Origin: Octopus vulgaris
Taxonomy: Eukaryota
Direction: 5' to 3'
Length of the DNA stretch: 64,000 nucleotides
NCBI GenBank assembly: GCA_951406725.2
Contig: OX597834.1
Coordinates: forward strand, 30,380,001-30,444,000
The position numbers and the translations under genes were made by a program. Shown here in pieces: positions 53,755 through 64,000 of the stretch. The notes below the pieces were generated by a model. It had not been told where the DNA came from. It was given only the letters and a program-made list of their open reading frames with translations, and did not search any database. Position 1 is the first letter of the stretch; every line of letters starts with the position of its first letter.

Positions 53755-54005
53755 AAGGTCAACTTTGCTTTTCATCCTTTCAGGGTCGATGAAATAAGTA
53801 GCAGTCAAGTACTGGGGTCAGTGTAATAGACTCCCTCCACTTCATAAATTGCTGGCTCAGTAACAAAATTTGAAACCATTGATTATTATATATTGCTATT
53901 TTAATCAATCATCAACGTATGGTTTGGGTCCATTAATGTCATTATGATGAAAGGGAACGTCACAGCAATATGTTCAACGATACCTATCGATTTTGTAATA
54001 TATAT

Positions 54006-54405
54006 CCTCTTTACTCTTTTACTTGATTCAGTCATTTGACTGCGGCCATGCTGGAGCACCGCCTTTAGTCAATTAAGTCGACCCCAGGACTTATTCTTTG
54101 TAAGCCTGGTACTTATTCTATTGGTCTCTTGTGTCGAACCGCTAAGTTACAGGGGCATAAACACACCAGCATTGGTTGTCAATCGATGTTGGGGGGGACA
54201 AACACAGATACACAAACACACACACACATACATATATATATACATATATACGACGGGCTTCTTTCAGTTTCCGTCTACCAAATCCACTCACAAGGCTTTG
54301 GTCGGACTGAGGCTATAGTAGAAGACACTTGCCCAAGGTGCCACGCAGTGGGACTGAACCTGGAACCGTGTGGTTGGTAAGCCAGCTACTTACCACACAG
54401 CCACT
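54006..54405 (-). mobile_element. Family A SINE
   Basis: Matches the consensus. Confidence 0.9.
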
Positions 54406-54936
54406 ATATATCTGTATATAGTCAGCATCATCATCATTTAACATCTATATTCCATGGTGGTGTATATTGGTTGGATGGTTTGACAGGAATCCAATGAGCT
54501 CACACAATATATCAACACTCACACATACACACACACACACCTACACATAAATACAGACTAACACAAATATATCTCACAATGGAAAGCTGTCACTCAAAGA
54601 CAGGCTGTGACCATTGTTTCAATGAAACCATCCAATATATGTTAGCTTTACTTTCTAAACCAGAGTTGAATTCATCGGTAATCCAATAGTTGAAAGTTTA
54701 TTCTAAGTAGTAGTCAGATCTTATTGTCTTAATCCTTTCCATACCACCTCAAAGGTCACATTCAGGATAAGCTGAAAAGTAGAACTAGAAGACAGGAAAG
54801 AGCTTAACGATGACAGACTCTTGGATAAAGAACCAAGTCTGCAGCATTGTTAATTTAACAGCATGAATAATTTTTTGCAATTTTGGTACAAGGCTGGCAA
54901 TTCTGATGGGTGGTAGTTAGTTGATTACATTGACCC

Positions 54937-55348
54937 ACTCTCTCTTTTACTCTTTTACTTGTTTCAGTCATTTGACTGCGGCCATGCTGGAGCACCGCCT
55001 TTAGTCGATCAAATCGACCCCGAGACTTATTCTTTGTAAGCCCAGTACTTATTCTATCAGTCACTTTTGCCGAATCGCTAAGTGATGGGGACGTAAACAC
55101 ACCAGCATCGGTTGTCAAGCAATGCAAGGGGGACAAACACAGACACACAAACAAACACATATACATATATATATATACATATATACGACAGGCTTCTTTC
55201 AGTTTCCGTCTACCAAATCCACTCACAAGGCATTGGTCGGCCCAGGGCTATAGCAGAAGACACTTGCCCAAGATGCCACGCAGTGGGACTGAACCCGGAA
55301 CCATGTGGTTGGTTAGCAAGCTACTTACCACACAGCCACTCCTGCACC
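54937..55348 (-). mobile_element. Full-length family A SINE
   Basis: Matches the consensus. Confidence 0.9.
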
Positions 55349-55354
55349 ACTGCT

Positions 55355-56365
55355 TAGTTTTTTTAATTAAGTTTGAAAAGAATGAAGAAATTAGTAAAAT
55401 CTCAATCATTATTAAGCTGGTGTTTGGAATACAAATTAACATGAAATTTTAATGGAAAATTTTAATTTAGATCACTTTAACCGTTTAGTTATATTTCTTC
55501 ATGAAACACACTGCCTCTGTTTCAATTAATTTTGAAAATAATGAAAAAATTCAGTAAAATATCTTAGTCATTTGTAAACTGGTATTTAGAAGATAAATCA
55601 ACATGAAATTTAAACGAAAGGTTTAATTAAGATCACTTTAAAAGAGGAAATTTGTATTATAGAACCAGGGGTAGTCTCAAGCTGGCTGGAACGTAAGCAT
55701 AAAATTTTGATGGAAGGTTTTAATGTAGATCACTTTAACCCTTTCATTACTGTATTTATTTTGAGATGCTCTGTGTTTCTTTGAATTAATTATAAATATA
55801 ACAAAGGATTTAGTAAAATAATTTAGTTATCATTAAGCTAGTGTTAGGAACATAAACTGTGACTAAAGTTTGGTGGAAGATTTTAATTTAAAACTTATGA
55901 AAACAAGACATTTGTACTACAGAGCCAGAGGTGGTTTCAGCCGGGTTGGTAACGAAAGGGTTAACCCTTTCTTTACCATAGATCTAATGAAATACAATGC
56001 CTTTGATTTTGAAAATAATGAAGTATTTAGTGAAATATCGTTGTCATTATTAAGCTGGTACTTAAAGAGCACCCATGCCAGTGGCTGTGTTAATACAGCT
56101 ATGCCCGTGGCACATAAAAAGCACCCAGCACACTTTGTAGAGTGGTTAGCATTAGGAAGGGCATCCAGCCATAGAAACCATGCCACAACGGACAATTGGG
56201 GTGGTCTGGACAGCTCCATGTCAAACTGTCCAACCCATCCATGCCAGCATGGAGAATGGACATTAAAAGATGATGATGATGCTTCAATTGAGATCATTCG
56301 AAAACCGGAAGTCTGTATCATAGAACCAGGAGCAGTCTCAGTTGAGTTGGTACCAAAAGAATTAA
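55355..56365. mobile_element. Array of nested/tandem E2 MITEs, including an intact copy at 55739-55960
   Basis: TTAA CCCTTTCATTAC...GTAACGAAAGGG TTAA CCCTTTCTTTACC, with a shared TTAA at 55961-64. A family D fragment interrupts the last unit. Confidence 0.8.
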
Positions 56366-56431
56366 AATGAGAGACAGCAAGTGGGGGTTTGTGATTTAAA
56401 GAGAGATTTGATTGCTGAATCTAATTAAATC

Positions 56432-56655
56432 GAAGGCGGTGAGCTGGCAGAATCGTTAGCACACCGGGCGAAATGCGTAGCCGTATTTCGTCTGCTGTTA
56501 CATTCTGAGTTCAAATTCCGCCGAGGTCGACTTTGCTTTTCATCCTTTCGGGGTCGATAAATTAAGTACCAGTTACGCACTGGGGTCGATGTAATCGACT
56601 TAATACCTTTGCCTGTCCACTCTATGTTTAGCCCTTTGTGGGTAGTAAAGAAATA
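56432..56655 (+). mobile_element. Family B SINE flanked by an ~80-bp direct duplication
   Basis: 56349-56431 is repeated at 56656-56735. Confidence 0.88.
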
Positions 56656-57764
56656 GGTATCAAAAGGATTAAAATGAGAGATAGTAGGGGGGTTGTGATT
56701 TAAAGAGAGATTTGATTGCTGAATCTAATTAAATCAAATGACCACATGGAGGGTCACTTCCTGGCTCAACCATTTGCTATGTAATCACCGTCGATAGTAG
56801 AACAGTGTTAGCCTGGATTTATTAACATTTATCAGAGAAGTCTAATCTATAAACTTAATCTTAGTCTTCTCCGTACAGGAGTCTAACCTCTCTTGTTTCT
56901 TTTGATAAGTTGTTTTGTTTTCTCTTGTCTTTACTCCAAGCTTATCTATTCCTTGCTATACACAGATGACTATTTCAATCTCTCTTTACAATAACACTTT
57001 TATTGGCATGGCTCAGCTCAACACTGCCTTATACACACGTATGTGTGTATGTACACACATATAAACACATTTACTCATGAAAGTATATACATTTATAAAC
57101 ACACGCAAACACACATACATCAACATATATACACACATATAAACACATAGATATGCATATATAAACAAGTACACACGTATAAGAACATACACAAACATAC
57201 ACATGTATCTGTATAGTCACACACATAAACATATACACACCTACATACATATAAACACACACACACACACATACACAACAAAGTTTCTCCTTACTACTCT
57301 ATTCCTCGCCCACCACCTCTTTGAAGAAACATAAACAGACACTGGGCTTCAGTTGCTATGACTACTGCCAGATCGAGTTTTAAGAATTATCCAAGTAGAC
57401 ACGCAAGAAGCTTCAGATTTCTATGAGGAGCAGGAAGAGGAGAAAAATCAATGTTGAGATGTTCATACCTTTTCTAGAACATACCATTTAATCTAAATGA
57501 ATTGAAATTAGCTCCAGCTGGGAGTCAAAACCAGATCACAAGGCACCAGAAGGGCTTCTCTAAAGTTTCCATTTACCCATTTCACTTGAAATGTATGAGT
57601 TGATCCAAGGCCAAAGAAAATGACACCCGTCCAAGATGACAAAGGGTGGGATGGAACCCGGCTGCAAAGCAAACTTTTTAACCTTTCAACCAAACTGCAC
57701 CTGCAAAGGAAACTGCTGAGAGGAATTAACAGATGGTCCCTCAGAGTAATTCTCAGGTAGAATT

Positions 57765-58160
57765 CTTACTTACTTAAGCACTCCATCATTTACGACGATG
57801 AAGGTTCCAGTTGATCCGAATCAACGGAACAGCCTGCTCGTGAAATTAACGTGTAAGTGGCTGAGCACTCCACAGACACGTGTACCCTTAACGTAGTTCT
57901 CGGGGATATTCAGCGTGACACAGAGAGTGACAAGGCCGGCCCTTTGAAATACAGGCACAACAGAAACAGGAAGTAAGAGTGAGAGAAAGTTGTGGTGAAA
58001 GAGTACAGCAGGGATCACCACCATCCCCTGCCGGAGCCTCGTGGAGCTTTAGGTGTTTTCGCTCAATAAACACTCACAACGCCCAGTCTGGGAATCGAAA
58101 CCGCGATCCTATGACCGCGAGTCCGCTGCCCTAACCACTGGGCCATTGCGCCTCCACATA
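57765..58160 (-). mobile_element. Full-length family C SINE with 8-bp TSD and (AAGT)n tail
   Basis: GTAGAATT at 57757-57764 and 58161-58168. Confidence 0.88.
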
Positions 58161-58637
58161 GTAGAATTAGTGTGACACTGTATAACAAGGCTACAGCTTT
58201 TTAAATTACAGGTACAAACAAACTGATGGGCTTCCTTATATTTTCCATCTACTCAATTTCACTTGCAATGTACAAGTTGATCCAAGGCAATATAAAATGA
58301 CATTTGCCCAAGGTGTCACACGATGGGATCAGACCCAGGACCTGGAGGTTGCAAAGAAAACTCTCAAACAATTCGGCCACACTGCACATATGGAAAACAT
58401 ATTGACAGACAGTCCCACAACATAATTCACAAACAGAACCAGTGCTACAACATAGTGTGTGGCAGGGGTATATCTTCTGAATTGAGGGTACAATCTACCC
58501 AATCTACAGTTTCTGTCTACTCAATTCCACTTACAATATATGGGTTGATCCAAGGTTAGAGAAAATGACATTTGTCCAAGAAGACAATAGATGGGCTTGA
58601 ACACGGGACATCATAGTTGCAAAGAAATCTCCTTAAC

Positions 58638-58797
58638 AGGCGTGGCTGTGTGGTAAGTAGCTTGCTAATCAACCACATGGTTCCAGGTTCATTCCCACTG
58701 CATGGCATCTTGGGCAAGTGTCTTCTGCTATAGCCCCGGGCCGACCAATGCCTTGTGAGTAGATTTGGTAGATGGAAACTGAAAGAAGCCTGTCGTA

Positions 58798-58840
<43 letters not shown>

Positions 58841-59036
58841 TTGTCCCTCTAGCATTGCTTGACAACCGATGCTGGTGTGTTTATGTCCCTGTCACTTAGC
58901 GGTTTGGCAAAAGAGACCAATAGAATAAGTACTGGGCTTACAAAGAATAAGTCCTGGGGTCGATTAGTTCAACTAAAGGCGGTGCTCCAGCATGGCCGCA
59001 GTCAAATGACTGAAACAAGTAAAAGAGTAAAAGAGT
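58638..59036 (+). mobile_element. Family A SINE
   Basis: Matches the consensus. Confidence 0.9.
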
Positions 59037-59686
59037 TAACTGCCATAATGTAAATAAAAAGATCCTTCCTAGGTTATCCAGACTCATAAGGCCAGTTTCC
59101 CAGTCTCCATGGCGCTTATACTTCCACCTGGATGGGGCACTGGCCCATCGCAGGATTACTCACGTTAGCCAGCTGAGTGGACTGGAGCAATGTGAAATGA
59201 AGTGTTTTGCTTAAGAGCACAATGCATTGCCCCCGTTGAGAAATCAAAACCACAATCTTACAATCAAAAGTCCAACGCCTTAACTACTAAGCCATGCACC
59301 TCCACTCAGTCGTACTGTACCAACAAATGAAAAATGTAGCAGGGAGGAGGGGAGAATTAACAGACAGTTATTATCAACAATGTGGCATAAGCACATACAC
59401 ACCCACCAACAACAAAAAACAGACCCAGTTTTTGGTGAAGCAAACACAGATGATAAGTAGTAAAGAAATTCCATTTGACAGCATTTTTTCCCACGAGCAA
59501 CCAGTGATTTAGAAGGGGTTAAATATAAACTGAATAACAAGATCTTATGATTTACTACCTGTCACTGATAACTCGTCTCAATCATTAATCATCTACTTGT
59601 TTCAGTCATTGGAGTATGGCCATGCTAGAGCATCACCTTGAAAGGGTTAACAGAACAAATCAACCCCAGTTCTTATTTTTGTAAGT

Positions 59687-59759
59687 CTGGTACTCAATCT
59701 ATTAGTCTCTTTTGCTAAATTAGCAGCCTGGCAAAAGAGACGAATAGATTGAGTACCAG
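59687..59759. repeat. Foldback: 29-bp arms, 15-nt loop, derived from family A SINE sequence
   Basis: ctggtactcaatctattagtctcttttgc / gcaaaagagacgaatagattgagtaccag, one mismatch. Confidence 0.9.
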
Positions 59760-60070
59760 GACGTGATTTGGTTGTTATTTCTAGCAATTAGCTCACCCAC
59801 AGAGGTTTACTGCAGAGGCTGATATATATATACATATACTTGTGTATATAAAGGTCTAAAAGGTAGGATGTGATTTAAGAGAGGTTATGTGTGATCAGGC
59901 TGATATATATATATTGAGTACCAGGATGTGATTTGGTTGTTATTTCTAGCAATTAGCCCACCCACAGAGGTTTACTGCAGAGGCTGATATATATATATAT
60001 ATATACATATACTTGTGTATATAAAGGTCTAAAAGCTAGGATATGATTTATGAGAGGTTACGTGTGATCA
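59748..60070. repeat. ~165-bp tandem duplication
   Basis: attgagtaccagga.gtgatttggttg...gtgtgatca at ~59748 and ~59913. Confidence 0.9.
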
Positions 60071-61086
60071 TATGATCTGTTAAATATAACAGTCAAAGCT
60101 TATTCAAATCACAATCTGGTGTCAGGAGACATTCAGTAAGATAACTTGAGGAAAGCAAATAAGACTGTCGTGACTGACCTAGAAACCTGTCACAAATCCT
60201 CACCAGTTTCCAAGCAAGGTAAATCACACTTCAGTCTGTCAACCAATGGTCTGGATATGCATGTATGTACATACGTATATAGATATAGATATATCATCAT
60301 CATCATCATCATTGTTTTAATGTCCTCTTGTCCTTGTTTGTATGGGCCACACAGAATTGGCTGAGGCAGATTTTCTACAGCCGGATGCCCTTCCTGTCGC
60401 CAACCCTCACCTGTTTCCAAGCAAGCTAATATTTCCTCATGACCAGAAATGTTTTGTGTTTTTTTTTTTTTTGGAGAATATTGGAAATGAAAGACACCAC
60501 TTGTATGACAGTGGTGCTTGTTTACAATTATCACGTGATGTCAAGGTAAGCACACAATACACACAATAACACATGTACACACACAAGTTTCTTCCAGCTT
60601 CCAGCTGCCAAATTCGCAAGAATTTAGGGGTCCTAAAGCCACAGCAGACACTTGGTCAGGGTGCCACACAGTAGGACCGAACCCAAAACCAAATGATTAT
60701 GAAGGGAGCTTCAAGAACAGAAAAGAAAAGCCAAAAACCAAACCAAAAACAGTATGGTCATGGCTGGATTGTCTTTAATCCTCATAGATCAGCCCAGTCA
60801 AAGTTGGATTGATTTGGGTCTAAAACAAAAAAAAAAAAAACATTTGAATGCACACACACACACTTACACACATACCATATTTACTTGTGTATAAGTCGTA
60901 CTATAGTACACTTACACAAACAATTTCAACTGACAAAAAACTGGAGTGTGACTTATTACACGGGACAAGGCTCATAAACAAGTTTCAATAGGAAGGAGAA
61001 AATATCCTGTACCAAGATGTAGTACTAAATAAGGGCGAGTGGGTGGCTTATACCCGAGTAAACAAGGTGAAAAGAACAGAAGGAAT

Positions 61087-61305
61087 CATTATCATCATCA
61101 TCATCATCGTTTAACGTCCGTTCTCCATGCTATCATGGGTTGGACGGTTCGACCGGGGATCTGGGAAGCCAGAAGGCTGCACCAGGCTCCAGTCTTATCT
61201 GGCAATGTTTCTACAGCTGGATGCCCTTCCTAACGCCAACCACTCCGTGAGTGTAGTGGGTGCCTTTTACGTGCCACCTGCACTGGTGCCAGGCGAGGCT
61301 GGCAG
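61087..61305 (-). mobile_element. Family D element
   Basis: Near-identical to the copy at 27402. Confidence 0.85.
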
Positions 61306-61699
61306 CAACAAAATAAGATGGGCCAATCCACTAAATACAGACAAAAACAGGATGGCAGGAAGAGCAACAACGATGCTCAAAATCAAATGCTTTACTGATA
61401 TGACAACAGCCTTGAAGACGACAAACTGAAAGCTACAATGGTATTACCAGTTTACAACTGCATTACTCATGTTGAATATTTTATTAGGAAGTACAGCTTT
61501 GCCAATTTGATCAGACAAAATGTAAATAGATTATCAGATCTAATGGCAAATACCACACTGATTTAGAAAGCATAATGATGATGATGGTGGTGGTGATGAT
61601 GATGATGATAATAATCTGACCAAGTTGCCTTTCTCTTTTGTATCAGTGAGTTCAAATGTAATTATGTTTATCTAGATATATCAATAATTACAGACATTA

Positions 61700-62720
61700 A
61701 ATACATGTATACATATGCATAAGTGTGTGTGTGTTAGTGTGTGTTTAAATATATGTATAGGTGTGTGTGTATATATATATATATATACACACACATACAT
61801 AATATACATACACACTCATACACAAGTACATGATATACATACACACACATACATAAGTACATAATATACATACACACACACATACACATGTACATAATAT
61901 ACATACACATGTACAAAATATACACACACACATACACATGTACAAAATATACATACACACACATACATACACATGTACATAATATACATACACACACATA
62001 CACATGTACATAATATACATACACACACATGCACAAGTACATAATATACACACATACACACGTACACAATATACATACACACACATACACATATAATATA
62101 CACACACACATTCATACATGAGCCACGTTTCGTAAATGTATGCACATATACATACATACATACGTGCATATATTTACCCACACACGTACATACACCCACA
62201 TACACATCCATATGTCATCATCACCATCATCATCATCACCACCATCACCTTTTTACGTCCACCTTCCATGCTGACATGGCCCGGGCACATCGCCACATCT
62301 TGAGTCAGAACATATCGAAGGAGGTTTGCTCATCCAGCTGGGTTGGGGGGAAAACCGCACCTCACTCATGAGTGTCGTGTGTAAATAGGTATAACGTGTA
62401 TGCTTATACATATAAAATATATGCATGTGTATACATATATGGCTGTATATGCATACGTGTTACTATCTATACACACACACACACACACACATATATATGT
62501 ATACATATATACATATACATGTATACATATATACGTATACATATACACATGTATACGTATACATATACACATGTATACATATATAGCTTTATATGCATGT
62601 TTTACTATATACTATATATATATATATATATACACATACACACATATGTGCATGTGTATATATATATACATACACACATGTATATACATATATAGCTGTA
62701 TATGCATGTTTTACTATATA

Positions 62721-62762
<42 letters not shown>

Positions 62763-62926
62763 CATACACACATGTATACATATATATATATATATATATG
62801 CATGTATATGTACACATATATATATATCTACATATGCATGTTTATACTATATATGTTCATTATATATATATATATATGTATATATAAATATATATAACAC
62901 GTACATATATATATATGCACATATAC

Positions 62927-62961
<35 letters not shown>

Positions 62962-63060
62962 CACACATGTATATGTGCATACATATATGGCTGTATATGC
63001 ATACGTGTTACTATATATTTATATATACATACATATAAAAAAATATATCTATATAATGAA

Positions 63061-63097
<37 letters not shown>

Positions 63098-63125
63098 CAA
63101 TATATATGAATACATATGTATTGTA
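61700..63125. repeat. Long (TA)/(CA)/(TACA) compound microsatellite and minisatellite region
   Basis: Seen directly, including the recurring unit tatatgcatgttttactatatact. Confidence 0.92.
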
Positions 63126-63164
63126 GAATTAGGAACATATGTAGATATATATGTATGCATGTAT

Positions 63165-63255
63165 ATATATACATATATTAACACGTTTCTCTCCTCTGTC
63201 TATATATTATTGATATGTAGACAGAGGAGAGAAACGTGCTAATATATGTATATAT
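63165..63255. repeat. Near-perfect palindrome/hairpin
   Basis: cacgtttctctcctctgtc / gacagaggagagaaacgtg is an exact 19-bp inverted pair, extended by AT-rich pairing on both sides, with a very small loop. Confidence 0.9.
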
Positions 63256-63299
63256 GTACATGTATATATACATATTTCCTCTCTTTCTCCACACACACA

Positions 63300-63960
63300 C
63301 ACAGAGTGGTCAGAAGACTTGTAATAAAATTAAGAGCTATCTTAGCAGCTTGCTGCTACACTAGCAGCAGCAGCAACACCAAGAACCACAAACAGCAGCA
63401 GCAGTAGTTGTAGTAATGTTCTTCTTCTCCTTGTTAAATGCTCCCGGTTTCCGTGAACACACATAAATTATTCCGACTTCGTATAGAGGCAGCAGCAGCG
63501 CCTCGGAAATATATAATAACATTTCGGAAGTGGGGATTAACTATTAAAAAAATATATTTCTTTCTTGCTTTCTTTCTTTCTTTCATTCCCTTCATTATAT
63601 TTTCAAGATCAATAAAAAGTAAAAGATTCAACAACAACCACAACAACACGACGAAGATAGAGCTAGCTACAAAGAGAGAGACGAACGAATATCGATTAGG
63701 TGACAATCCAGAGGTGTGATAGAGGGGACGTGGGTAGGGCGAAGGCGAGAATTCCTTTTATAGATTTTTTTTTCTTCTCCCCCACACTTCTAGTTATGAT
63801 TATTATCGTTAATATTGTCACACCAAATCGCTGAAGATTTGAGTTTTTTTATTATTCAATTTTGTCACATTTCAAACGATTGAAGTCGTCAGTCAGCTAA
63901 CAATTCCCTCCGGGACCGGTCTTCGATGTTAGTTATAATTAGATTGAGATAAGAGTAAAT
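63300..63960. promoter_or_regulatory. Unique, CpG-retaining, TE-free block; possible promoter, 5'UTR or first-intron start
   Basis: Visibly more CpG than surrounding old sequence, no SINE/MITE match, (CAG)n runs, and located upstream of PKN on the minus strand. Confidence 0.35.
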
Positions 63961-64000
63961 GGTGACTGCATACATACATACATACATACTGTAGTTTGTG

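Noticed and set aside
59294-59512. ORF containing TDSYYQ, reminiscent of the insect Pkn N-terminus
   Set aside because: It is on the opposite strand to the PKN exon and has no donor site, so it is a coincidence.

Overview
Eukaryotic, AT-rich, repeat-saturated DNA. The SINE families and microsatellite load look like a coleoid cephalopod, most likely Octopus; this is recognition from memory, not a database result. The only clear host coding sequence is a 298-bp minus-strand internal exon (5414..5117) with canonical splice sites, encoding the N-terminal HR1a Rho-binding repeat of a protein kinase N (PKN/PRK) family kinase. The rest of the window appears to be intron or upstream sequence of that gene, and the first exon is not securely located. 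It is filled with at least five SINE-like families (informal labels A, B, C, D, F), TTAA-flanked piggyBac-type MITEs, decayed CR1/L2, RTE and R4/Dong LINE fragments, Penelope-like ends inside (TA)n tracts, and micro/minisatellites. Almost all ORFs in the supplied track are repeat artefacts. I see no convincing new protein-coding system. The most interesting signals concern transposon mechanics and RNA structure: a minimal hammerhead-ribozyme-like motif, a SINE with GGT-biased junctions and an ~80-bp target duplication, self-nesting MITEs, SINE head/tail shuffling, a near-perfect 150-bp inverted copy 4.3 kb away, two pre-miRNA-sized foldbacks, closely spaced inverted SINE pairs, and a probable assembly mosaic at ~3.1-3.55 kb. 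Repeat boundaries were read by eye and are approximate unless TSDs are quoted.
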